Positions 12,697 through 22,120 of a stretch of DNA of 64,000 nucleotides are shown one piece after another. The translations under genes were made by a program, and so were the position numbers. The notes below the pieces were generated by a model. The model saw only the letters and a list, made by a program, of their open reading frames with translations. It was not told where the DNA came from and did not search any database. Within the stretch, counting starts at the first letter, position 1; each line of letters begins with the position of its first letter. Source of the DNA: Podarcis erhardii (taxonomy: Eukaryota); NCBI GenBank assembly GCA_964252035.1, contig OZ176211.1; one strand, written 5' to 3'.

Positions 12697-13528
12697 CTGG
12701 AGGGTTGTTGCAATTAGACACAACGTGCAGCACCTTCAAATGTTCGGTTTTTGCGTAGTCCCGCGGTCCCTTCTCGCTTGCTTTCATTAAAATACGGGCC
12801 GGGAGGAGCGTGCAAACACGTTAAAGAACTCGCATTTGTTCACACGAGCAAGGGCGCGGCCGCGCGCACACACAATTTGAATTGTGCGCGCCTTTTGAAG
12901 CCTCTCCGGGGGAATTGTTAAGAGGCTGGCTGCATTATTATAACGCAAATTCTGTGCTTTCTCGATTTGGAAGCCCGCTGCCTTCATCTCAGGTAGGGCT
13001 TGCTTCAAGGAACATCTGAATCGCCTCAACTGGCCGCCTCTTTCGAGTGCTTCTTTCCTTGAATAATGCCGCCAAAACTGTCCTCAACCCAGTTAAGTCG
13101 AAGCAATGGGATCTACGGCTTGGCTGGAGACGGGCGTGGGGGTGGGGGAGGGGTTCCTTTAAATTCTCTGGTTTGTGTAGATACTGCGAAAAAGTTTGAT
13201 CCAAAAGCGCATTTACCGGGAAGTGCATTGTTGCTGAAGTCATCAGGGCTTGCTGCCCAGAAAGCAGATGAAAGGGCCCGCGCTTTGTTCTGTATAATTT
13301 AAAAGTTGTTGTTGCAAACAATCTCCCTCTTTCACTCGCTTAAAAAAATGCGCACTGATTTTAACAATGGCTAAAGTTCATCAAGGCTAGAACAAAGAAG
13401 GTCTAGAAGGAGACGAGGAGGAAACAAGATTTTAACCCCACAACTGGGGGGGGGGGAATGTTTTTAGTTTTAAGTCAAAGGATCAAGTTTAGCATTAGAA
13501 TAATAGACAAGAGGCTCCGCTGGGAGAT

Positions 13529-13530
<2 letters not shown>

Positions 13531-13568
<38 letters not shown>
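13531..13568. repeat. (GT)19 microsatellite
   Basis: Direct reading. Confidence 0.95.
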
Positions 13569-13572
<4 letters not shown>

Positions 13573-13652
13573 AATTGTTGCCTTTAGCAGAGAGCTGAAA
13601 TAAACCACTGGGACACATTCTAAAGTGACCCACCGCTGAATTCATTTCTGCT

Positions 13653-13669
13653 TGAACTTTCGGTGAACC
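13653..13669 (-). promoter_or_regulatory. Hoxa1 3' RARE (DR5 GGTTCA-CCGAA-AGTTCA)
   Basis: Plus tgaactttcggtgaacc; same as the known mammalian Hoxa1 3' enhancer RARE, about 4.4 kb beyond the stop codon. Confidence 0.93.
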
Positions 13670-13984
13670 TGAGATTAAACAGGGGTGAGCAGCTAAGCAG
13701 TTTGTTGCGAGCTGCCTTTTCAACAACCCTTTTCAGACTGAGTAAATATTGATCGCTTTCAATCTGATTGCCCCAGAGGAAAACACCGAGCATCTCAATG
13801 TAGCCTCCAAAAGTAAACTTTAAAGGTGAACATCGAAAATAGATCTCAGGCTTGAAAAGAGACGCTCAATTCCTTGAGACGTTTGGCTGAGTTGAGGGTA
13901 ATAAATATATACACAGTCATAAGAGGACCAGGATGCAAATAAGCAGACCAAGGATAGTTGCTGTTGGCATATCTATGTCTATTT

Positions 13985-13985
<1 letters not shown>

Positions 13986-14042
<57 letters not shown>
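13986..14042. repeat. (AAG)19 microsatellite
   Basis: Direct reading. Confidence 0.95.
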
Positions 14043-14043
<1 letters not shown>

Positions 14044-15012
14044 GACCTCCCTCCTCATTCTTTTGCACAATTTGGGGGAAAGGATGAAAAGATTTATCGC
14101 AAATTCTTTTGTAAAAAAAGAGAACATGAGGCACTAATCGATTCACAGGTGTGATTAATCGATTTGTAGCAGCGATTGACTAATTCAGCCGCAGAGACAG
14201 CAGCGTGGGTTTCGGAGAGCCGCGAAACCGTGAAGCTGGGAGCAAGTTACCCCGAAGCATGCGTGCACAAATCTTCATTCACAAGAATGTGCTTGGCTTT
14301 TATTTCATCCAAAGGAAGTCCCATAGCCTTTATATCTCATCTCAAATTAGGCCATGCTTTGGGGTCTCCTTCCAAATACCGTTCATCGATGAGAGAGTCC
14401 GCCGACCACCACCCCATGCTAAATCCGCTTAGGATCGAGATGTCAGCCATGTTATTTGGCTGACAAGTCTATTGATCAAATGTCATATATACGTATATAT
14501 CTATAGATATATGAGGAGAGCGGCCTCAGCTCCCAGTGAAGGGCGGTGTTTCTGCCCCAGCATAAATGAAGCGGCTCGGGAGGAATGCTTTTTCTTGCTG
14601 GTCTTTGTCCAAATCAGAGAAGCTACAATTTCACACACTCTTAGTGGGGAGCAAGTCCATACTCAGCTGGGGGTGGGGCATATTTCAGGGTAAACGTGCC
14701 CAGGGTCGAACTGGTTATTATTTAGGAAGCACTGCTGCGGCAGGCGGCAGTCAAGAAGCCTGCGTCACGAAAAGTGAGTTATTTATTCCTGAATAACCTC
14801 CACATGAAACGTTTTAGCAGGAAGGAGGAACTTCCTTCCTGGGGGATTTGGCCCTAGGTCGATGTCCCCGAATAGGGGCCCACTAGCGGGTCCCCGGCTG
14901 ATCTAAAGCGGGTCGAAAAGGCAGCCCTACTAGACGGTAAAATAATACGAAGAAGGAATGGGTCTCGAAAGGCATGCTCGGGTGAATCAGGCGAAGATGC
15001 AGATCCACACTA

Positions 15013-15130
15013 TAAAGCGCATTTCCCCGCTCCCCACAAGAATCCTGGGAGCTGTGTTGGGAACTGTAGCTCTGTGAAGGATCAACTACGGTTCCCTAGA
15101 TCCCTGGGGACGGGCGCTTAATGTGTATTG
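15013..15130. mobile_element. Decayed palindromic MITE (same family as 53751-53876)
   Basis: aagcgcatt..caagaatcctggga..gggaactgtag / caactacggttccc..atccctgggg..aatgtgtat inverted arms. Confidence 0.6.
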
Positions 15131-16743
15131 AAATGCAGGTTATCTTAGGGCAGCCTCGTCCCTTCACCGCCTGGCACATGCATCCTCCTTTGAAAACACC
15201 CGCCAAACCCTCAACAATATTATTGCCAGCCTTTTGTTATTGTTCTCCCGGTTCCACCGAACGAGTCAGGAAGGGAGGAAAAGCGCAAGGGATGCGGAAG
15301 GGTCAGGCGGCCGCCGCGTGCTTGAGGAGGACAGCTCTCTCCGAGAGGTGATCCCGATCAGGCCCTCTCGGCATGCAGAGATAGATGCCCTTTGGGTCAC
15401 GAAAGCCTCTGGCAGAAGGCCATCTGCTGAGTTTGCAGCCTCACCCTAGTCAACAAAATGATTTTATTTTTTATGTATATAAAAGTATAAAGCGGGCGGG
15501 CGGGCGGGGGGCCAGCAGAGGAAGGGAGGGTAAAATGAAACCTGGGTCTCCTGCTTTGAAGTTACAACAAGGCAGTCAAGGGAGCCCTTTGGAGATCAGC
15601 CCTGCGCAATAGCAGGGGAGAGGGGCGGGAGGGGGGTCTCTCCTCCTCGCCCTCTTGATATGGCCGATGCGCCTGCAAATCTAGGCTGCTCTGCCTTTGA
15701 CACTTCAGCCGAGAAGCCGCAGACGACTCGCGCGCTCCGGCTCTCTCAGAACCAGCAGCCTCCACTGTTGTTTTCACAGCCCGGGCTCAAAGCTTGTAAA
15801 AGTCTCCTGCAGATCTTGCAGCCAGGAGGGTGTTTTGTTTTGTTTCTTTTAAATCCCCAAAGAAAGAAACACAGCTCCTCAGACGGGCTGGAGTGGAATG
15901 GAATGGAAAGCCTCGATGTTCTGGCTAGAGAGCTTGGAAGAAAAAGCGGGGGCGCGTTAGAGGGTTCTGCAGATCTTTAAAAAAGCAAAAACAAACTTGT
16001 TTGCAAGTCTTTTCAGGAAGTAACTTCAATTCACCTGCCAGAACTTGTTTTCCAAATAGAGGGGGGCGGGAATGGTGTGGGGTTTGCAAGGACACGTTGG
16101 GTTGAACATACTTGGGTTAGGAAATTGTCTGCAGACCACGCAGGAATCGGAGTTGGATCAACAAGGAATTCTCCCTCCCTCTTTCTCCCTCTGTGAACTT
16201 TTATCGTGCTTTGTGCCTTCAAGATGTCACTGACGATTTAGAAGGCAGGGAGTGACGCTGGGGGTTCCTTGGACAGCTTTATACCCAGGGATAATGAAAT
16301 GTGACTCTCTTAACTGGTGGCTTGTGATGTGAGGAAAGACCGGCCGAAGACAGCTTCTGCTTTTGAAGAGGACTCTGTTTACACACAGGTCAATATTCAG
16401 TTCGGGGTGAAAAGGTTAGCCCTTGACCCAGGAAGTTCCCGCAAATATGGTTCGAAAATAGCTCCGCTTCCTTCGCCTTTCTCTTAATTGCAGAAGATAA
16501 ACATGGATCTTTCTCTTTCTATTGATTAATAGACCTACTTTGTATAATCTCGGGGTACTGTACATAATGTGCAGTCAAAGGGCGCGAATAATTCGATGTA
16601 GGGATATCTGAGGAGGATATCTGAGCAGCCGATCAAAAGCCAGTCCAGGGAAACCGGAAAGGGTGCAGAAAGCTTAACCTCAACCCCAGACTCCGCTTTC
16701 CAAAAGATACCGAAGCAAAGTAAAAACCTGAGATATGAATATA

Positions 16744-16749
16744 TTTATT
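16744..16749 (-). terminator. HOXA1: Probable HOXA1 polyadenylation signal (AATAAA)
   Basis: tttatt on plus, about 1.35 kb 3' of the stop; a second AATAAA lies at 17163-17168. Confidence 0.6.
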
Positions 16750-16764
16750 ACAGAGATTTATAGG

Positions 16765-16771
16765 ACCCGTA
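16765..16771 (-). promoter_or_regulatory. miR-99/100 7mer-m8 seed site in HOXA1 3'UTR
   Basis: mRNA UACGGGU; HOXA1 is a known miR-99/100 target. Confidence 0.65.
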
Positions 16772-17328
16772 AAATTCTGCTCTGGATTCCTTTCTTTTCT
16801 TTTCTTTTTTCTTTTTAAACACAGAATCTCAGAAGCTTGGATGATTGTACAGAAAAAAATCAGAAAGTACTCCATCACAAATGACAACTGATAGAACTCA
16901 GTGTTATTTTCACTGAGTACATCCAAGCGGTTGTGCATCATGCAAGTTCCATCCACGAATCACATAAAATATACATTCGTTTGGCCATTCATCACATTCA
17001 GGAATTGGGCTGAAAAGACCTCAAGTCTAAGGAACGTTTCCTGGGGGTGGGGGGGGATCTCCCCTCTCCCTTTTTAATGATAATATTGGGGGTTGGGAAT
17101 GATCCAGCACAGAGTTCGGGAAGGAGGGGATTTAAAGCGGGGGTAGACACTAATAAGCAAGGTTTATTTTTTTAAAACCTAGTGCAATTTCCACTTTCTT
17201 TTCTAGCTCGTTCAAAGAAATAGTAGCAACCTATGATTTTTGAGGTATCTGATTGAGTTGAACAACTTTTCGTTCGTGACATCCTCACTTTTCGCTATAA
17301 AATCGAATCCAGTGTTGAGAATGTAACC

Positions 17329-17335
17329 ACCCTGT
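17329..17335 (-). promoter_or_regulatory. miR-10 7mer-m8 seed site in HOXA1 3'UTR
   Basis: mRNA ACAGGGU. Confidence 0.55.
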
Positions 17336-18096
17336 TTAAGCTCATCATCTTATCTAAACATTTCTAGAAAATCCGTAAAAAGATAAATCTCTGGGACAAA
17401 GTATTTACAACCAACAAAACTCATACATACGAGAAGACAAGAGACATTAAATTAAAGTGGTGAAAGTTCTCGAAGTCGTGTAAACGCTTTCAATAGTGCA
17501 TCTATTCGTGAATTTGGGTCTGACAGGTCTTTGGTTGGAGGAGAAAACGGTAGCAATGTCTTTGGCAACTCGATTCTGGTTTAACAAATTCTCTTGATTG
17601 TTCCCACAATACAGTCTTTAGAGATGAAAACAGATCAACTCTGAGGAGCTGAGGCAGACTTAGTGAGTGATACTGAATAAGCTACTCAGAGTGAGGTCCT
17701 AAACTCCTGGGCCACAACCCAGACAACGTGAGCCAGCTCCCATTGAAATCAACTGAGTTTAAAATAGTCACAAAGACCCATCCCGCTTTTTTCCATGGGA
17801 TTTAGGGATGATTTAACAGCGCAGTCCTGTGGCCTGCCTATTCAGGCGTGTTGGCTTCCAGAGAGCTTGCTTGCAGGCCTTATAGGATCTCGGCCTCAAA
17901 GTTGCTAAATTCGTGAGACAGTTCCATTCAAATCAATGAGACTTGTCTCCAGATCAAAGGGTTCAGGGTGAGAGTTTGGGTTGCTCTCTCCGCCAATTGC
18001 GTGAGAGTCCGAAAATAAACAAGAGGATAAGTTCGAAACACAATAAATTTACTCTTAGATTGTGCCTTAGAGGGAGAATGAGGAGCAGCGTGTCTT

Positions 18097-18452
18097 TCAA
18101 TTCGAGGTAGTCAGAGTGTCTGAGGTAGAGGAGGCTGGCGAAGGGGTACAGGGGGACGGGCTGGACTTTTCCGAGGACTCCTCCGCTTTCTCTTCGCTTC
18201 CTGTTGGGGTGGCCGGAGAAATGGGGAGCAAGCCCTCTTTCTCTCGCTTCTTCTGCTTCATCCTGCGGTTCTGGAACCAGATCTTGACCTGAGTCTCGTT
18301 CAGCTGCAGCGAGGCGGCGATCTCCACCCTGCGGGCCCGGGTTAAGTATTTGTTGAAGTGGAATTCCTTCTCCAGCTCCGTCAGCTGTTTGGTGGTGAAG
18401 TTAGTCCGGACCGTGTTGGGCTGGCCAACATAACCGTACTCGCCAGCTTTNN
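18097..18452 (-). CDS. HOXA1: Homeobox protein Hox-A1, coding exon 2 (homeodomain)
   Basis: [72 protein letters not shown]; TGA at 18097-99; the first 2 nt and the acceptor lie in the N gap (inferred from phase 1). Confidence 0.97.
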
Positions 18453-18583
18453 NNNNNNNNNNNNNNNNNNNNNNNNNNNNNNNNNNNNNNNNNNNNNNNN
18501 NNNNNNNNNNNNNNNNNNNNNNNNNNNNNNNNNNNNNNNNNNNNNNNNNNNNNNNNNNNNNNNNNNNNNNNNNNNNNNNNNNN
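18451..18583. other. Assembly gap in HOXA1 intron covering the exon 2 acceptor
   Basis: Run of N. Confidence 1.
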
Positions 18584-18609
18584 ACATCAGAAGCGTTAAC
18601 TCGAAGCAA

Positions 18610-18632
18610 TGATTTATAGGTGACATGAATCA
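18610..18632. promoter_or_regulatory. Candidate Pbx-Hox/Meis module in HOXA1 intron
   Basis: TGATTTAT (18610), TGACAT (18621) and TGATTCAT on minus (18625-32) within 23 bp. Confidence 0.45.
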
Positions 18633-19120
18633 ATAGGCAGGCGCGCGCAGGTACAAACCATAGAGAACGAGCTCTTTAAGTGAAAGGAACTTTGTGGGCC
18701 AATCGGAAACCTGCTTATTCCTAAGTAAAGACCTAGCGAATGCACATGGGCTAACTTCTTAGTGTCCGCCTGTCCAGTGAAACAGCAACTGAACTCACCT
18801 AGATCAGGGGAGATCTGACCACCGGCTGCTTTGTGATCCACAGCGGGGACACAAACACATCAAACTGAGCGTTATAATAGGAACCCTAAATCACAACACG
18901 ACCTCCCCCCCCCCCCATTTCTGGAGAACCGGTACGCTTCAGGATCCCAACCATACCTGTTCCCAACATACCTGGGACCATCATGTTAATCTGCATCTAC
19001 CTTAAATGCAGATCTTCCGCGTCCACCTTACAAAAATAACAATAATAATAATAATAATAAGAAAACTTTCGGGCCCGAACTTCCCGAAATCCAGAGTGAT
19101 CGCTCAGGCAGGTGACTCAC

Positions 19121-19772
19121 CTGTTTTGGGAGGGTTTCTCTTCACTTTCATCCAGTCGAAAGTCTGGGCGGGAGGAGAAGTCTCCGACGAAGGGGAACCG
19201 CAGCCTTCCTGGTGGTTCGAATGAAGTGGAGACAGGGGGTGGCTGTAACTGGTTAGGGTTAGGCTCTGTTGCTCGTCCCCATAAGAGGGGTGGATGTACT
19301 GAGCAGAGCCCACGGGGCCCCCCGCATAAACCTGGGGCTGCTGAACCACGGACGACGAGACGTTTCCAGAGTAGAGCGCAGGTGCGCACTGGGGGAAGCC
19401 CCCATTAATCTCTGCCTCTTGAGCGAGTGGGTAGTGGCTGTAGCCCCCCGCGCCGAAGTTCTGCACGCCGTAGGTGGGCCCACAGCTCGGGTGGGCGTAG
19501 GACACCCCCAGGTTGGGGTGGTGCTGGTAGGTAGCAGTCTGGTGGTGGGGATGGGGGCTGATCTGGACCCCCCTGCCCACGAGGAAGCGATCGTCCCCGT
19601 TGCAGTTGTTGGCACTGACAGCGCAGGACTGGAACGTGGTTGTGGTAATCCCATGGTCGGGGTGGTGGTGGTGGTGGCGGTGGTGGTGGTAAGCCCGGGG
19701 TGAGCAAGTGGCGGACTCGCCGTTGAGGATGGGCGGATAATCGAGGAAGGAATTCATCCTCGCAGTGTCCAT
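19121..19772 (-). CDS. HOXA1: Homeobox protein Hox-A1, coding exon 1
   Basis: [16 protein letters not shown]... hexapeptide [14 protein letters not shown]; donor CAG|GTGAGT at 19121/19120, phase 1. Confidence 0.97.
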
Positions 19773-19837
19773 CTATCACCGGTTGACCGGCTCTTCGGAG
19801 TCCTGGGTGACCGTGCCAACTTTCTCACTTCCTCCAT
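19754..19837 (-). other. Overlapping uORF in HOXA1 leader, 27 aa ([27 protein letters not shown])
   Basis: ATG 19837-35, TGA 19756-54 overlapping the Met6 ATG (19757-55); out of frame with HOXA1. Confidence 0.7.
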
Positions 19838-19882
19838 GGGGGCCAGAAGAAAAATGATATGAATGTACAGTGAGACGGCGGC

Positions 19883-19973
19883 CACGTGAGGGCGGCAGCC
19901 AATGGCTGCTCCTCCTGCCAAAGTTGCCCTGCTCCTTCCTGGTGATGGATCACCCTGGCTGTGGCATTTAAAT
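19883..19973. promoter_or_regulatory. HOXA1 / HOTAIRM1 bidirectional promoter core in a CpG island
   Basis: E-box CACGTG 19883, CCAAT 19899, palindromic GGTGATGGATCACC (Pbx-Hox TGATGGAT) 19941-54, ATTTAAAT 19966-73. Confidence 0.65.
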
Positions 19974-21502
19974 TCCGAGCGCTCCTCCATCAAGGTGACG
20001 CGCAGCCACCACCACCTCCCTCTCTCCCTCTTTCCTTCTCTCTCTCTCCACACCCCCCATCTCCTCCCCCGTTCCCAGTCAGCGCGTTGGGGTTTGAGAG
20101 CCGGGCCGGAGAGGCAGTGCGCGCCCAGGCGCTCAGCCTGAAGCAGCAGCAGCAAGCACCGAGCCGCCGCCGGAGGGGGCTGCTCTTGCATGGATTTACG
20201 AAGGGACAGCCTGGGCTTGGCAGGTAAGCAAAGGGACCCGCGCAGGGCGTCCCCAGTTGGGTAGCTGCTCCTGCTGCTGCTGCTTTCTCCAGGGCTGTCG
20301 TCGAGAGAGCACAGCTAGGCTGAACCCTCTCGGCTACAGTTAGATCGCTTGGATAATTATGGTCTGCCTTGGGCAATCTCCAGCAGTCTGGGGTTGCTGT
20401 GTGAGAGAGAGAGGTGGGGAGAGAAAGAGAGAGAGAGAGAGCGCTATCAGGGGGGCTGGGGGAGGTTTGGGGGCATGGGGAGAGGTAGGAGGCCGGCGGC
20501 TGAGCTCTGCCAGTTGCCGATGCGTCCTCAGACAGACCCCGGCGTGCGCGCGCGAACCGGCAAGAGTTAAAATGCGCTTGGTCCAGCCTCTCTCGCGCGG
20601 TTATTTGCATGGAAATGAGGCTCTCTGCAAGGCAACGCCATTGTTGCTGCTGCTGCGGGCAGCGTGGTTGGCTTTAACGCGCGGGAATGGCGCCGTTGGC
20701 TCCTGGAAACAGAGAATCAGTGGGAGGCAGTTGGAGCCGGCAGCCTGGGCTGAAACGGAGGCAGTAGTGCGCCTGCCTGGCGACTGGGTACTGGGTTGCT
20801 GTTTTTTCGGACGATCCGACGCTGCTGGGCGCGGTTAGAGGAAGGAAGCGCTTACAAAGGTTGCCAGGGAAGCTTTTTTCAGGTTCTCGCCGGCAGCTGA
20901 GCCGCTAGGGCGCCTGTGCAAACCGTCAGGCCTCTCCTCTCTCTCACCTCCCATTCACTTTTGCTCCCCCACCCCGCTTCTCATGTATAACCTTTGCCTC
21001 CCTCCTCCCACCCCCAAGGAGTGTCCACGGGTTTAAACCATGAGGTCTAGGAAGATGCGAGTCTTTAAAATAGCAGCCCTTTGGATGGCATGGCCAACGG
21101 TTAGGGGGAGGAGACTGTCTGGAGGAAGGGGCGAGGGGGTCGACAGCGCTCCTCCAGGCGCTTGATCACTAGGCTGCCGCCCTCCTTCCGAGGAGGGAGA
21201 GAGGGAGCCGAGGGAAACAAATGGCCGGGCGTTGGGAGAGGCCTCTCTGGATTCCCTCGCGAGGACCGCAAGTGCTTTCTTCTCGCAGATGTAAATCCTT
21301 GATTCCGCTCAAGTCCGTGGGGCCAGGAGAGACGCCTGGCTTTCGGTGGGGCTAGACCTGTCCAAAGGAAAGGCAGGGTCAGCTTAAACCTGGAGGAAAA
21401 CCCCTGGGTTGGAGGTGGATAGGTGGTGGGTCCCACGGGGGCTTCATCTGCACAAAAAGGAGAGGTGAGCAGAGAGGACTCAACAGCACAGAATTCAGCA
21501 TG

Positions 21503-21571
21503 AAATCGTAGAATGGTAGAGTTGGAAGGGACCCCAAGGGTCATCTAGTCCAACCCCCTGCAATGCAGGAA
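21503..21571 (-). mobile_element. Very short CR1 3' end inside the cluster (HOXA1-HOXA2 interval)
   Basis: aatcgtagaatggtagagttggaagggaccccaagggtcatctagtccaaccccctgcaatgcagga is the reverse complement of a CR1 terminus with an ATTCTA-type tail. Confidence 0.8.
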
Positions 21572-22056
21572 GGAAAACAGGCCTGACTAGAAAGAAGGCA
21601 AACTTTGCCTGCCGGAGTCCGGAAATAACTATGCGGGCTTCTTATGCTTTCATCTTGCAAATGTCGAAATCAGCCCAATATTTAGTATTAGTGTGTTAAT
21701 GGCTGTTGCTTCTATGTTATCTACACACACACACACACACACACCCCATGTATGATTCCGTACCACCCTAGTTCCTCTGAAACTATAATACTATTTTCAT
21801 TCCTAAAATGCTGCTGATCTGGATTAGGCTGTTCTCCAGCTTCCCCTTTCTTCCTTCTCCCTCTCTCAAAAGCGAGGCCCACTCAAAATATTGATAAGCA
21901 TGCGCTGTTTACTAAGACAAACATGCCCCGAATCTGGCTGTGAGACTTTGAAAGTCTCATGCGTACTTCCTGGCTTTCCTTTGGTAGAGCTAAACTCGCT
22001 CTGAGTGGGACTTTAAAACACTTCCTTTTGGCCCTGTAGTCACACCTCGGATTTCG

Positions 22057-22060
<4 letters not shown>

Positions 22061-22115
<55 letters not shown>

Positions 22116-22120
22116 TGTGT
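22061..22120. repeat. (CT)n(GT)n compound microsatellite
   Basis: Direct reading. Confidence 0.95.

Noticed and set aside
19259-20838. Long alternative-frame and antisense ORFs around HOXA1 exon 1 and promoter
   Set aside because: Expected in a GC-rich CpG island with few stop codons; no recognisable domains
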